Below are positions 20,346 through 29,769 of a stretch of 64,000 nt of DNA, piece after piece (the stretch's first letter is position 1; each line of letters opens with the position of its first letter). Source of the DNA: Candidatus Omnitrophota bacterium (GTDB lineage: Bacteria > Omnitrophota > Gorgyraeia > Duberdicusellales > 4484-171); contig JAQVMQ010000001.1 in assembly GCA_028703535.1 (NCBI GenBank), positions 8,818-72,817 of the forward strand, in the 5' to 3' direction. The translations under genes were made by a program, and so were the position numbers. The notes under the pieces were generated by a model that saw nothing but the letters and a program-made list of their open reading frames with translations, was not told the origin of the DNA and made no database searches.

Positions 20346-21770
20346 TTATCTATCTTCAATATTGACATAATTTTTATCAAGCGGCCCGGAATATATAGCA
20401 CGCGGTCTAAAAATACGATTATTCTTCAAATACTCGATAATCCTGGCTGTCCACCCCGCGACACGACTTACCGCAAATAACGGTGTAAAAATTTCAGGAC
20501 TTATACCCAAAACATGATAAACTATACCTGAATAAAAATCAACATTAGGGAAAATCTTTTTCTCTTTCCCTAAAGTCTCCAAAACTTCTTTTTCAAGGAC
20601 CTTCGCAGTCTTAAACAGATTTTTGACCTCATCAGAGTCACTTTTAGAAACCAAATAGTTTGCTAAAGGTCCTAATATGCGTGCCCGCGGATCATAAGCT
20701 TTGTATACACGATGCCCAAAGCCCATGACTTTTTGTTTTTTACTGCATGCCCGTTCATACCACTTCTTAACATTATCCGGCGAACCAATGCTCTTAAGCA
20801 TGTTAATAACCTGCTCGTTAGCCCCGCCATGTAACGGCCCATTTAAAGCCGCTATCCCGGACCCTACGGACAGATAAATATCAGATAAAGTTGACGCAAC
20901 AACCATAGACGCAAAAGTACTAGCATTCATGCCATGATCAGCGTGTAATATCAAAGAAACATCCATTATTCTTTCCTGCTCGGCAGTAGGCACTTTACCC
21001 GTCATCATATATAAGAAATTTGCCGCATGGCTCAAATCTTCCCTTGGCTCAAGAGGAAACTTATCCTGGCGCATTCTGGAAATAGACGCAGTCAAGGACG
21101 CGCATCCGGCAATAAGCCGGTGACAGGCAACTTCGCTATTAGCAGATTCCAACAAAGTTTTTTTATCAATTTTACCTTTCTTGAGTTCCTGATGAAACTC
21201 ATATATCGCATGTTGCTCACCGATCGGCAGTGTTTCCATCGGAATAGAATCGGCATCAGTATGTATTATCCCCGATATATCCACTTTTCCTGACGCCAGG
21301 TCGTCCGATGTAAACTCACAGCGCATAAGTGTAGTACCCAAACGTAATGCGGCCATAGGATTCATCTTTCCTATAGGAAAACCGAAAAGAAGACGTATAG
21401 TATCAGAAACTTTACGACATGATATCAATTTTTTAGAAAATTTATCAAGCTGATTGGCAGTCGGCAATTTGCCGTATAATAACAAATAAGAAACTTCCTC
21501 ATACGAGGAATATGCGCAAAGATCAAAAATATCGTATCCCCTGTAAATGAGTAAACCCTTAGCCCCATTGACATATCCTATCTTACTTTCACAAGCGATA
21601 GCACCCTCAAGACCAGGTCCTACAACACAATTAATAGGCCATTGAGGAAACTTGGCAATAGGCGCATCATTAATATTATCCGTCTCAGCATGCGCGAGTT
21701 GTTTAGCTTCAAGAATAAGCTTAGTTATAGTTTTGGTTTTGTCATTACGTTTTTTGATATTATCCCTCAT
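20346..21770 (-). CDS. gltA: Citrate synthase
   Basis: GFGHRVYKAYDPRARIL and HADHGMNASTF catalytic motifs. Confidence 0.9.
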   Translation of the reverse strand: MRDNIKKRNDKTKTITKLILEAKQLAHAETDNINDAPIAKFPQWPINCVVGPGLEGAIACESKIGYVNGAKGLLIYRGYDIFDLCAYSSYEEVSYLLLYGKLPTANQLDKFSKKLISCRKVSDTIRLLFGFPIGKMNPMAALRLGTTLMRCEFTSDDLASGKVDISGIIHTDADSIPMETLPIGEQHAIYEFHQELKKGKIDKKTLLESANSEVACHRLIAGCASLTASISRMRQDKFPLEPREDLSHAANFLYMMTGKVPTAEQERIMDVSLILHADHGMNASTFASMVVASTLSDIYLSVGSGIAALNGPLHGGANEQVINMLKSIGSPDNVKKWYERACSKKQKVMGFGHRVYKAYDPRARILGPLANYLVSKSDSDEVKNLFKTAKVLEKEVLETLGKEKKIFPNVDFYSGIVYHVLGISPEIFTPLFAVSRVAGWTARIIEYLKNNRIFRPRAIYSGPLDKNYVNIEDR

Positions 21771-21811
21771 AGCCCCGCCTATTTTAACCCTTGCAAAATA
21801 AAAACATCTAC

Positions 21812-21850
21812 TTAAAAAGAAAGCGCCTCAATACATAAGCACTGAGGCGC
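21812..21850 (-). terminator. Rho-independent terminator downstream of RRM gene (8-bp GC stem gcgcctca/tgaggcgc, 12-nt loop, U-tract on minus strand)
   Basis: Inverted repeat 21823-21850 followed on the transcribed strand by tttctttttaag. Confidence 0.6.
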
Positions 21851-21868
21851 CTTATTACCAAACAAAAA

Positions 21869-22165
21869 TTATTTGAATTCTCTGCGTGGTTTGTCTTCTT
21901 TAGGACGAGCCTCGTTTACACGAAGTTCACGGCCTAAGAATTCTTTTCCGTTCAATTCATCAACAGCTTTCTGAGCTTGATCATTTGTCGGCATATCGAC
22001 AAAACAAAAGCCCTTTGAACGACCGCTAAATTTATCGGAAATAATACGCACAGCTGATACCTCACCATACTGCGCGAATAATTCGCGTACTTCATCCTCT
22101 TTAGCGTTAAACGAAAGATTCCCTACATAAATGTTCACTCTACTACCCTCCAACAATACCGTCAT
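21869..22165 (-). CDS. RRM-type RNA-binding protein (glycine-poor, Rbp/cold-shock-like RRM)
   Basis: RNP-1 KGFCFVDM and RNP-2 IYVGNL motifs. Confidence 0.85.
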   Translation of the reverse strand: MTVLLEGSRVNIYVGNLSFNAKEDEVRELFAQYGEVSAVRIISDKFSGRSKGFCFVDMPTNDQAQKAVDELNGKEFLGRELRVNEARPKEDKPRREFK

Positions 22166-22643
22166 TTACTTCTTCTATTAGTTCCATACAAATGACCAAA
22201 AATCCGGAACTAATCACAGTTATATAACAATAACCTAGTTTCAATTTATAAAACGCATAAAAACACAACTATTTAAATCGAATATATTTTATTAATAGAC
22301 AAGAATTTCGGTAAGCACAAATCATCGCGGCAAACACGTCAGACATCTAATCAAACTTATTCATTACATTTAACAGTCACGTTCAAACACGTATAGCGTA
22401 ATCAAAGAACATTCAACTTATCTTAACACATATCATATACGTTAATTTATATATGTCAAGTTAAATAAATATAATATTTTAGGCAAAAAATGAAAATTTG
22501 ACATAAATGCAAAAAAAAACGCTAAATAAACATATCCGCATAAAAAAATGTATTCTAGTATATAGAGAAAATGAGCTAATGTTACCTAAGGCATTGATAG
22601 CCATGGCTTTATGCAATATGGCTTATCCTGAGCACGCAACATC

Positions 22644-24389
22644 CTAAAAAGTTATCTGAAATCCTACCTTAAAATCCATCCCGTCACCCTCAACATCATA
22701 TATTTCATAATAATTTCTATCAAATAAATTTTTTATATCCCAAAATATTTTCATATTTTCATTAAAAGTATAATCCCCCCCGCAATTCGCTAAAAATCTT
22801 CCACCAAAAACAGAATGATCCTCATATACCAACCCGATATTCATTGAATATCGGCCTTTTTGCATATAGAAATTCAATACGGCCTTATCCTTGGGATATA
22901 AAAACGCGTATTTAGAATAATCATATAATTGGCTCTTATCCATATTCATCCTTGTATACTCAAATGACACCTTTTCAATAAAAAATCTATTTATTTCATA
23001 TTCGGCATATATATCCAATCCCATAACGTCTAACTTACCGACATTCAACGCGGAATAATATATATCAGACTCATTACGCGTCCAGTCAATAGTATCTCTC
23101 TGCCTTCTATAAAACCCATCGACACGCGCATTGAATATAGTGTTCTCAAAATCAATCCCCAGCTCAAAATTATCTGTGCGTTGAGGCGACAACCTGTCAT
23201 TCCCTTTATTAGACGGCGAATCATAATAAAGCTCCGTAAAAGACGGCATCCGATATTTTCTGACAGCATCAAACGTCACATCCATAGCTTCATTCAAAGG
23301 CATTATACAATTAATTTTAGGGATAAACTTAAACGGCCCATTATCCAAAAAAGTAACTGCAGGCAAAACTTCCAATTGCATGTTCATAATTTTTATTTTT
23401 TTAAAAAATATCAATTCGGATATATCTCTATAATCATCGCCTAAAGTGTTAGATCTTATACTTTCTCTTTTAACATCCAATGTCACTCCGCTAAGTTCAT
23501 CAGCCGCCATTACATCAGCCTTGATACCCGCGACATAAGTCTTGTGGTCATTACGGTAACTGTCAGGCGCATCTCTATCGAGCCAAAAAGTATCTTTAGT
23601 CATTGTTATATACGGACTTAAAGAATACAGTAAACTGTCAGTCTCTGTAGCCATTTTCAAAATTAACAGATCCTGAACAATACGTTCTTCTTCACGCTCA
23701 TACCACGGCGCTGCATACGCTCCGCCTATTCCAAACCTTCTGTAAGAATGTCCCAATAAAAGATCAACATTTATTTCCTGGATTTTACCGGAAAAAGAAT
23801 ATGTAAATATATTACTATCACCGTCTGTATTATCCGATAATCCATCTGTTCTGTCGGCACTAAACGAAAACCTTTGATATTTCTTCTCCGAGGAAGAACT
23901 TACCGTCATCATAGAGCTAAGAAATCCTCTGTTTCCGCTCATTACTCTTAGCGTTTTTTCACTGTCACGATTTTGGGATATATTTAGATTAATACTCTGT
24001 CCATTCCTATCCACGTCCACACTTCCAATATCTGTCAACACAATCGGAAGCATAAGATTAAAATGTCCTGTCTGAGGATTATTAAGTTTGATACCGTTTA
24101 AACGTATATCACTATCTTCAAATATCGCACATCTGATAGAGAAATCCGCCAAACCCATTTGGCCTGCTCTATTTTGTAAATCAACTCCCGAATTATAATA
24201 TAATAAATCTGCAATATCTTTTGCGGAATAAACATTCGATTCATGTTTATTTATCAAAGAGTTTTCGTCACTCGTTCCGGTCACAGTTATTTGTCCGAGA
24301 TCAATAATATCATCAGAATAAGCACAGACTATCCCGCCAAATAAACAAATAAACATACTACTTAAATAAACAAATAAGTATTTTTTCAT
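22644..24389 (-). CDS. TonB-dependent outer-membrane receptor (plug + beta-barrel, 581 aa)
   Basis: Signal peptide, TonB-box/plug DDIIDLGQITVTGT, alternating beta-strand pattern, C-terminal Phe (FQITF). Confidence 0.7.
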   Translation of the reverse strand: MKKYLFVYLSSMFICLFGGIVCAYSDDIIDLGQITVTGTSDENSLINKHESNVYSAKDIADLLYYNSGVDLQNRAGQMGLADFSIRCAIFEDSDIRLNGIKLNNPQTGHFNLMLPIVLTDIGSVDVDRNGQSINLNISQNRDSEKTLRVMSGNRGFLSSMMTVSSSSEKKYQRFSFSADRTDGLSDNTDGDSNIFTYSFSGKIQEINVDLLLGHSYRRFGIGGAYAAPWYEREEERIVQDLLILKMATETDSLLYSLSPYITMTKDTFWLDRDAPDSYRNDHKTYVAGIKADVMAADELSGVTLDVKRESIRSNTLGDDYRDISELIFFKKIKIMNMQLEVLPAVTFLDNGPFKFIPKINCIMPLNEAMDVTFDAVRKYRMPSFTELYYDSPSNKGNDRLSPQRTDNFELGIDFENTIFNARVDGFYRRQRDTIDWTRNESDIYYSALNVGKLDVMGLDIYAEYEINRFFIEKVSFEYTRMNMDKSQLYDYSKYAFLYPKDKAVLNFYMQKGRYSMNIGLVYEDHSVFGGRFLANCGGDYTFNENMKIFWDIKNLFDRNYYEIYDVEGDGMDFKVGFQITF

Positions 24390-24406
24390 AATAACTAAAA
24401 CAAATT

Positions 24407-26341
24407 CTATTTTTTAATATAATTTAAAAGTCCACCAGCTTTAATAATGGATTTTTGACGTTGAGTTAAGTGATATGTCACCGGAATTTTTAACATTTTG
24501 GTTTTGTTTTCAATAATTAGGTCACTATCATTATCAAGTGATAAAATTATGTCGTTTATTACAAGTTCATCACCAAACTCAAGAGACTCATAATTTAGGT
24601 TATCAACAAAAACCAACGGTAAAATCCCAAAATTAACGAGGTTGGCGGCATGAATCCGCTCAAATGACCTTGAAATAATGGCTTTTACCCCTAAATACAT
24701 AGGACACAATGCCGCATGTTCACGACTTGAACCCTGTCCGTAACTTTCACCCGCAACAATAAACACAGCCTTCCCATTATCCCTTAGCGCCGCGGCACGG
24801 CTGCTAAAATCAGGGTCAACCCCTTCAAAAACAAATTCAGAGTATTTCTCTATATTAGATCTATACTTTAGGCGTACACCTGCCGGCATAATATGGTCAG
24901 TTGTTATTTTATCGCCTAGTTTAATTGCGATATTCCCGTTATAACGATCAGATAACGTGACATTTTTAGGCGGATTACCTATATTCGGCCCGCGAATAAT
25001 TTCAATATTTTTTGAAGAGGCCTCCGGTGCAATAATCATACCATCATCTATCAAAAAGTTTGGCTCATCCTTAATATCAGGAAAAACAGAAGATTCGACA
25101 CTCAACGGATCAATAAATTCACCATAAACCGCGGCTAAAGCTGCCGACTCCGGCGAAACAAGATAAATCCCTGCAGATTCAGTACCCGACCTGCCTTTAA
25201 AATTACGGTTATTGGTACGTACTGAGACAGCCCCTGTCTTAGGCGCTTGACCGTTTCCTATACAAAACCCGCAGGCACTCTCCATAATACGCGCACCTGA
25301 ATCAATCATAACTGCAAGATCACCCGTCCGCGCGATCATTGAAAAAACCTGTTTAGAACCCGGCGCGACAATAAGAGAAGTACCCGGATGGACTTTTTTA
25401 TCTTTTAACATCGCCGCGACAATCTTTAAATCCTTTAAAGATGAATTAGTACAACTACCGATAGCCACCTGATCAACTTTCTTACCGGCAATATCTTTTA
25501 TAGGCACAACATTACCCGGAGAATCAGGCAATGCTACCATCGGACATATACTAGAAAGCTCAATTTCTATAACACTGTCATACACAGCATCTTTATCAGG
25601 AGATAACGGAACGAATTTGTCAGCACGGCCCTGAGCTTTAAGAAATTTTTCAGTTTTGATATCAGAACAAAATACACTTGTCGTCACACCTGTTTCTGCC
25701 CCCATATTGGCTATAGTAGCACGTTCGGGCACAGACAGATTCATTACACCGTCACCTGTATATTCTAAAACCGTATTTACATTACCTTTAGTGCCGATAA
25801 TACTCAAAACAGTTAAAATAACATCTTTAGCCGATACGCCTTTACGCAAATCACCTTTTATAATAATATTGACTACTTTAGGCGCAACAAGATAAAACGC
25901 ACCGCCTGCCATAGCCGATGCGACATCAAGCCCCCCGGCACCTATAGCTATCATCCCCAACCCTCCGCACGTCGGCGTATGACTATCACTGCCAAGAAGT
26001 GTTTTGCCAGGCGCGGCAAACCTTTCTAAATGTACCTGATGACATATCCCATTGCCGGGCCGTGAAAAGTATATTCCGTATTTTTGGGCTATAGTCTGTA
26101 AATATAGGTGGTCGTCAGCATTCTCAAAACCCTGCTGTAGAGTATTATGGTCTACATAGCTTACAGAAAGTTCTGTTTTTACTTTATCCATACCCAACGA
26201 CTCAAACTGAAGATATGCCATCGTCCCAGTAGCATCCTGTGTAAGGGTTTGATCTATCTTTATAGCTATCTCATTACCCGGCTTTAATTCACCCTCGATA
26301 AGATGGGCTTTCAATATTTTATATGTAAGATTCTCAGGCAT
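24407..26341 (-). CDS. Aconitate hydratase, short (about 645 aa) aconitase-family type with fused swivel domain
   Basis: Aconitase family motifs incl. Cys ligand contexts (IGSCTNSS, SACGFCIGNGQAP), SVRTNNRNFKGR; 17 nt upstream of TBDR gene on same strand. Confidence 0.8.
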   Translation of the reverse strand: MPENLTYKILKAHLIEGELKPGNEIAIKIDQTLTQDATGTMAYLQFESLGMDKVKTELSVSYVDHNTLQQGFENADDHLYLQTIAQKYGIYFSRPGNGICHQVHLERFAAPGKTLLGSDSHTPTCGGLGMIAIGAGGLDVASAMAGGAFYLVAPKVVNIIIKGDLRKGVSAKDVILTVLSIIGTKGNVNTVLEYTGDGVMNLSVPERATIANMGAETGVTTSVFCSDIKTEKFLKAQGRADKFVPLSPDKDAVYDSVIEIELSSICPMVALPDSPGNVVPIKDIAGKKVDQVAIGSCTNSSLKDLKIVAAMLKDKKVHPGTSLIVAPGSKQVFSMIARTGDLAVMIDSGARIMESACGFCIGNGQAPKTGAVSVRTNNRNFKGRSGTESAGIYLVSPESAALAAVYGEFIDPLSVESSVFPDIKDEPNFLIDDGMIIAPEASSKNIEIIRGPNIGNPPKNVTLSDRYNGNIAIKLGDKITTDHIMPAGVRLKYRSNIEKYSEFVFEGVDPDFSSRAAALRDNGKAVFIVAGESYGQGSSREHAALCPMYLGVKAIISRSFERIHAANLVNFGILPLVFVDNLNYESLEFGDELVINDIILSLDNDSDLIIENKTKMLKIPVTYHLTQRQKSIIKAGGLLNYIKK

Positions 26342-26462
26342 TGGGTTATCTCCTATTCTGTTTCAAGGATTATACCAAAAAAAGAAGATATTTGAATAAT
26401 TTTATAAAAACATTTTTCACTATAACCGCAAAAAAATCCCGTCATCAGATGCATTATATGGA

Positions 26463-27830
26463 CTAGAAAGTATGAAAGATTTTAATGAAATCATCACGGA
26501 TTAGCCCATTCCACCTCTTTTGTTTTACATCCGCGTTATTAGACATTCTTACCAATCCTTTCATTGCATTAAAATCAGCATGAACCACCCAATTATACAG
26601 ATCCTTGTATTTGTCCACTCTGAAATTATATTGGCAATTTAAAAAAAAGATGAAGTCATTTGTAAAACAATCAGAAAAATCCATAACGGTCTTCTCCTTA
26701 ATATCATTCCAGGATTCATTATTATCTCTATACTTTTTTTTCCGTTTTTTTAAAAGTTTTGTCAATACAGGAAAAACCTTCCTATAATCGTATCCTGCCG
26801 CAGTTTTAAAAGCATTATGCTTAAGCTCAAAATTCTCCGGCTCATTAAGCAAACTCCCGGTAATCAAATCTATCAATTTAGATTTTGATATTTCAGGCCC
26901 ATTAGTGCCTTGTTGCAAAACTTGTAATAAATAGCCGTTATATTCATCTTTGATCAGCTCTTTGTTCCCGCCCCAGTCGGTAGTAATAACAGGAACTCCG
27001 CAAGCCAAAGCCTCAATATTTACAAAAGGAAAAGTTTCACCCGGCGTGATTGTAGGATTAACAAAAATATCCGACTGAAAAAGCAGTTCATATTTTTCGT
27101 CACCAAACTTCACACCTTCAAAAATAACATGCTTTGATATCTCTAGTCTCTTGACCTTTTCTTCCAATTCATGAACAAAATCGGATTTGCAGTTATCATC
27201 AATGCCTGTCCCGCTTAAAGGACCTATTATCTTTAAAGAAACGTTTTTTACTTTAGAGATAATCCCAGGCATAATGTCAATTAATAAACCGATTCCTTTA
27301 CTCGCAACCAATCGCCCCATGAAAGTTATGGTTTTATCAACCGGCCTGCGACAGATGTCAGATTCTACTACTTTCTGTATTTTTTTATTATCTACAAAAT
27401 TATACATAACATGAACTCTGTTTTTTTCAGAAATATGCAAAAAAGACTGTTTCGCATACTCACACGGCGCATAAATAATATCCTCTTCCCGTAATAACGG
27501 CACAATATATGTATATTTATAAAGCCATGCGAACATACTGTGAAGCTTGACTATAAAAGGAATATTTAACCCGAATTTCTCTCTTATTAAAAAAGCTTGT
27601 ATCAAAAAAGTGAAGCCGTCAACATACAGATAATCAAAGTCATCTTCATTTATTCTTCTAAAAAATTCTTCCAATCTATTCAACCCGCTAAACGATATTA
27701 TTTTGACATTAACATATTCAGAAAAATAATCCAGAAATGTTTTATTAATATTTATTGAACTAATAGATTCTTTTTCTAAAAAATCCAGATAACAAACATT
27801 AATAACATATTTTTCTTTTGTCTTTTCCAT
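26463..27830 (-). CDS. GT4-family glycosyltransferase with about 95-aa C-terminal extension
   Basis: GT-B motif FVNIEALACGVPVITTDWGGNKELI (E-x7-E region); extra C-terminal domain of unknown function. Confidence 0.7.
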   Translation of the reverse strand: MEKTKEKYVINVCYLDFLEKESISSININKTFLDYFSEYVNVKIISFSGLNRLEEFFRRINEDDFDYLYVDGFTFLIQAFLIREKFGLNIPFIVKLHSMFAWLYKYTYIVPLLREEDIIYAPCEYAKQSFLHISEKNRVHVMYNFVDNKKIQKVVESDICRRPVDKTITFMGRLVASKGIGLLIDIMPGIISKVKNVSLKIIGPLSGTGIDDNCKSDFVHELEEKVKRLEISKHVIFEGVKFGDEKYELLFQSDIFVNPTITPGETFPFVNIEALACGVPVITTDWGGNKELIKDEYNGYLLQVLQQGTNGPEISKSKLIDLITGSLLNEPENFELKHNAFKTAAGYDYRKVFPVLTKLLKKRKKKYRDNNESWNDIKEKTVMDFSDCFTNDFIFFLNCQYNFRVDKYKDLYNWVVHADFNAMKGLVRMSNNADVKQKRWNGLIRDDFIKIFHTF

Positions 27831-27885
27831 TTGTTTTAATTGATAAGACCATCACAAAAACTATAATAAGCCATATCAGATAAGG

Positions 27886-28119
27886 TCAGTCTTCAAGAAG
27901 GTATGTCCTGATTTGCTCCGGTTTGAGTCCCGCCTGTCCGGCGCTACGTCCGGCCGCGGCAGTACACAGGACGAAAGTTCTGGTACCAACTGCAGTAAAC
28001 CCATAGCAACGTGCATAAAATGTCGAAAACCAGGCACCGGGCGCAACCATGCATGCGGCTAATATAGCCTGGCTGGTATCAAGCTCTATTTCCGTAACTT
28101 TCGGTTTAGTATACTGCAT
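27886..28119 (-). CDS. Small 77-aa peptide, paralog A (conserved N-terminus, Gly/Ala/Cys-containing variable tail); candidate RiPP/bacteriocin-like precursor
   Basis: Tandem paralog of 28282..28515; 8 synonymous vs 1 nonsynonymous difference over first 32 codons shows purifying selection; locally GC-rich (Ala/Gly/Arg/Pro codons). Confidence 0.55.
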   Translation of the reverse strand: MQYTKPKVTEIELDTSQAILAACMVAPGAWFSTFYARCYGFTAVGTRTFVLCTAAAGRSAGQAGLKPEQIRTYLLED

Positions 28120-28281
28120 ATCTTTTATATTATAGGATTTAAAAAATATTTCAAGTGTGTTTTATAAAAAATATATATTCCAGAAGTATTATCTCCATAT
28201 CTTAAGGTTTTGTCCTAACCTAAAAGTCGATCAAATTATTTATCAAAAAAAATCAAATCGCAATCTTCTTTTGGCGAAAAA

Positions 28282-28515
28282 CTAGGACGGCTTATCCTGA
28301 TTAGCCCCGATTTGACTTGCCCCTGCACCACCGGTACGCCCAACAGGAGAAGTCCTGCAACCCCAAACCGTTCCAGTCCCAACTGCCGTAAAAGCATAGC
28401 ATACTGAAGGTAACAAATAAAACCATGCACCCGGCGCGACCATGCATGCGGCTAATATAGCTTGACTGATATCAAGTTCTATTTCTGTAACTTTGGGTTT
28501 TCTGTATTGTTTCAT
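28282..28515 (-). CDS. Small 77-aa peptide, paralog B (same family as 27886..28119)
   Basis: MKQYRKPKVTEIELDISQAILAACMVAPGAWF conserved N-terminal region, CYAFTAVGTGT conserved mid-segment, divergent tail. Confidence 0.55.
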   Translation of the reverse strand: MKQYRKPKVTEIELDISQAILAACMVAPGAWFYLLPSVCYAFTAVGTGTVWGCRTSPVGRTGGAGASQIGANQDKPS

Positions 28516-28692
28516 TCAACTCATATTACCATATTTTTTGTTTTATCAAATAAGATCTCATTCTAACTGTTTTTTGTGCTAAAAAATTATTTTGCGACAT
28601 TAGAATGCAGCCGGCCTCTTTTTTTTCAAAGAGCTATTAATGCGTAAACACATTGCCCTAATTATACCTTCTAACACTGACAGCTAAGGGCT

Positions 28693-28740
28693 ACCCGCCA
28701 CACCATTATTTTATTTAGGCGGGTCCGCCTCTGGCAGAAC
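28693..28740. repeat. GC-rich palindromic repeat, copy 1 (cccgcc ...AT-rich loop... ggcggg tccgcc tctg gcagaac)
   Basis: Shares about 40-nt core with copies at 37112..37165 and 41795..41848; ends 10 nt before cmoB stop codon. Confidence 0.6.
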
Positions 28741-28749
28741 AGCTAATAG

Positions 28750-29724
28750 CTATTGTGGTTTTTTCGCTAATACAACCGCCCGTCTAGGTGCCGGATAACC
28801 TTCAACTGTTATATCTTTATTTAACGGATCTAAAAAATCGTTTAAAGATTCAAAAGTCATCCAATCAGTAACGCGCTGCTCATCAGAGGTAGTTTTGCTT
28901 ATATCACTTACTTTTAGATCAACATATCTGCATTTTTTAAGCCAATTGAGCAAAGTCTCCACTGACGGTATAAACCATACATTAGACATCTTGGCATATC
29001 TGTCCCGCGGTGTTAAAGCATACCCTTGAGGGCCATCTACCACCAATGTCTCAAGAACAAGCTCACCTCCGGATTTAAGAAATGAATAGATCTGTATAAG
29101 GTGATCAAACGGCGAACGACGATGATACAAAAGTCCCATCGAAAAAACCGTATCAAAATATCCGCAATTATAAGGTATATCATCAACCCCAACAGGCAAA
29201 ACATTTACCTTGTCAGACTTCAAGTATCTGTTTAATAGCTGAAACTGCATAAAATACAAAAGCGTCGGATCTACACCCATAACAAACTCCGCGCCGGCAC
29301 CTAAAGCTCTTAAACAATGATAGCCGTTGGCTGCGCCTATATCCAATATTTTCCTGCCGGAAATATCAGATATTCCATCTTTAAACCTATCCCATTTAAT
29401 ATCAGAACGCCATTCTGTATCTATATTTATACCGAAAATACTGTACGGTCCCTTACGCCAAGGCATATATTGCCTAAGGATCTCATATAATTTTGCGTAT
29501 GAAACGTCGTCAATTTCATCACGCTGTCCTATTTTTATTACATTACCATCTAACTCGAAAAATGAAGGATTCACATCAGGCAGTTCATCATAAAGATTAC
29601 GCCATCTCGGCATATCTCCATGCTTGGAGCTCTTTATTATATCTAAACTTTTACGCTCTAAAATTGCAAGCTCCTGACTATATATATTTTTAAAAAACTT
29701 TCTAATATTTTTAGTCATATGCAA
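28750..29724 (-). CDS. cmoB: tRNA U34 carboxymethyltransferase CmoB
   Basis: Near full-length similarity to CmoB (MPWRKGP, IDTEWRSD, DTVFSMG.LYHRRSP, VLETLV.DG, TVEGYPAP.RAV). Confidence 0.9.
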   Translation of the reverse strand: MHMTKNIRKFFKNIYSQELAILERKSLDIIKSSKHGDMPRWRNLYDELPDVNPSFFELDGNVIKIGQRDEIDDVSYAKLYEILRQYMPWRKGPYSIFGINIDTEWRSDIKWDRFKDGISDISGRKILDIGAANGYHCLRALGAGAEFVMGVDPTLLYFMQFQLLNRYLKSDKVNVLPVGVDDIPYNCGYFDTVFSMGLLYHRRSPFDHLIQIYSFLKSGGELVLETLVVDGPQGYALTPRDRYAKMSNVWFIPSVETLLNWLKKCRYVDLKVSDISKTTSDEQRVTDWMTFESLNDFLDPLNKDITVEGYPAPRRAVVLAKKPQ

Positions 29725-29769
29725 TCAAAAAAACTACTCCTTTTATAGCTTACAATTTACGTCTTACAA

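Noticed and set aside
22497-22530. Plus-strand TTGACA-19-TAAATA promoter-like sequence in the RRM upstream region
   Set aside because: Spacer too long and no plus-strand gene downstream for 10 kb; likely chance occurrence in AT-rich DNA.
28236-28430. 64-aa alternate-frame ORF overlapping peptide paralog B
   Set aside because: Frame of 28282..28515 is validated by synonymous-substitution pattern against its paralog; the overlapping frame is not conserved in the other copy.
27886-28515. Interpretation of the peptide pair as double-glycine-leader bacteriocins or type IV pilins
   Set aside because: The L-S-x-x-E-L-x-x-I-x-G-G register does not fit (AA instead of GG and key positions shifted by 3). 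There is no G-F-T-L-I-E prepilin cleavage motif, and no peptidase-ABC exporter or pilin machinery is adjacent. Kept only as generic RiPP-like candidates.
27886-28515. GC-rich patch as horizontally acquired island or RNA gene
   Set aside because: GC enrichment is confined to the Gly/Ala/Arg/Pro-rich tail codons while the conserved N-terminal part is AT-normal, so composition is explained by amino-acid content; codon-level conservation argues for protein coding.
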